The notes beneath the pieces are model-generated. The model saw only the letters and a list, made by a program, of their open reading frames with translations, was not told the DNA's origin and did not search any database. Source: Eledone cirrhosa (lineage: Eukaryota). Taken from it: a DNA stretch of 64,000 nucleotides. A program made the position numbers and the translations under genes. Positions 63,788 through 64,000 of this stretch are shown in pieces. The DNA is taken from the NCBI GenBank assembly GCA_964016885.1, contig OZ024742.1:292144001-292208000 (forward strand). The letters are read 5' to 3'. Positions within the stretch are counted from its first letter, which is position 1. Every line of letters starts with the position of its first letter.

Positions 63788-64000
63788 TCGAAATATAATA
63801 AATGAATGTAACAGATAAAATCCATGGGGCTGAAAATCATAGACCCGAGGACGACCGACCATCTAGCATCTTCCACTTTAGCCGGTCGGCCTCAAGTGCT
63901 GGCTATTCGGTCTACTTAGGGCTATCCTGTGCAAAGAGAAAAAAAAACAAAGACAGAAAGAAAGAAGAAAAGTCAGCGTTAATGTCATGCTACAATCAGG

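Overview
This is an AT-rich animal genomic window, almost entirely repeats, with no confidently identifiable host protein-coding gene. The (TA)n/(ATG)n density and the RTE/SINE complement suggest an octopus-like cephalopod (inference). Retroelements: several RTE-clade LINEs with a PHD-type finger inserted in the RT, a CR1-like LINE, a 5'-inverted L1/Tx1 fragment, two Naiad-type Penelope-like elements (PLEs), a solo LTR and two tRNA-SINE families. DNA elements: a deleted Helitron, DD37D (maT) mariner relics and small MITEs. There are also two long minisatellites. The most notable structured signals are (i) six type I hammerhead-ribozyme folds from four sequence families, all on the minus strand, (ii) long hairpins whose mismatches are G·U wobbles on one strand, (iii) repeated insertion into, and fold-back at, (TA)n tracts, and (iv) a 48-bp minisatellite apparently derived from a LINE 3'UTR module. 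Most short ORFs in the track are microsatellite artefacts. All alignments and folds were done by eye, so boundaries are approximate unless TSDs or TIRs are given.
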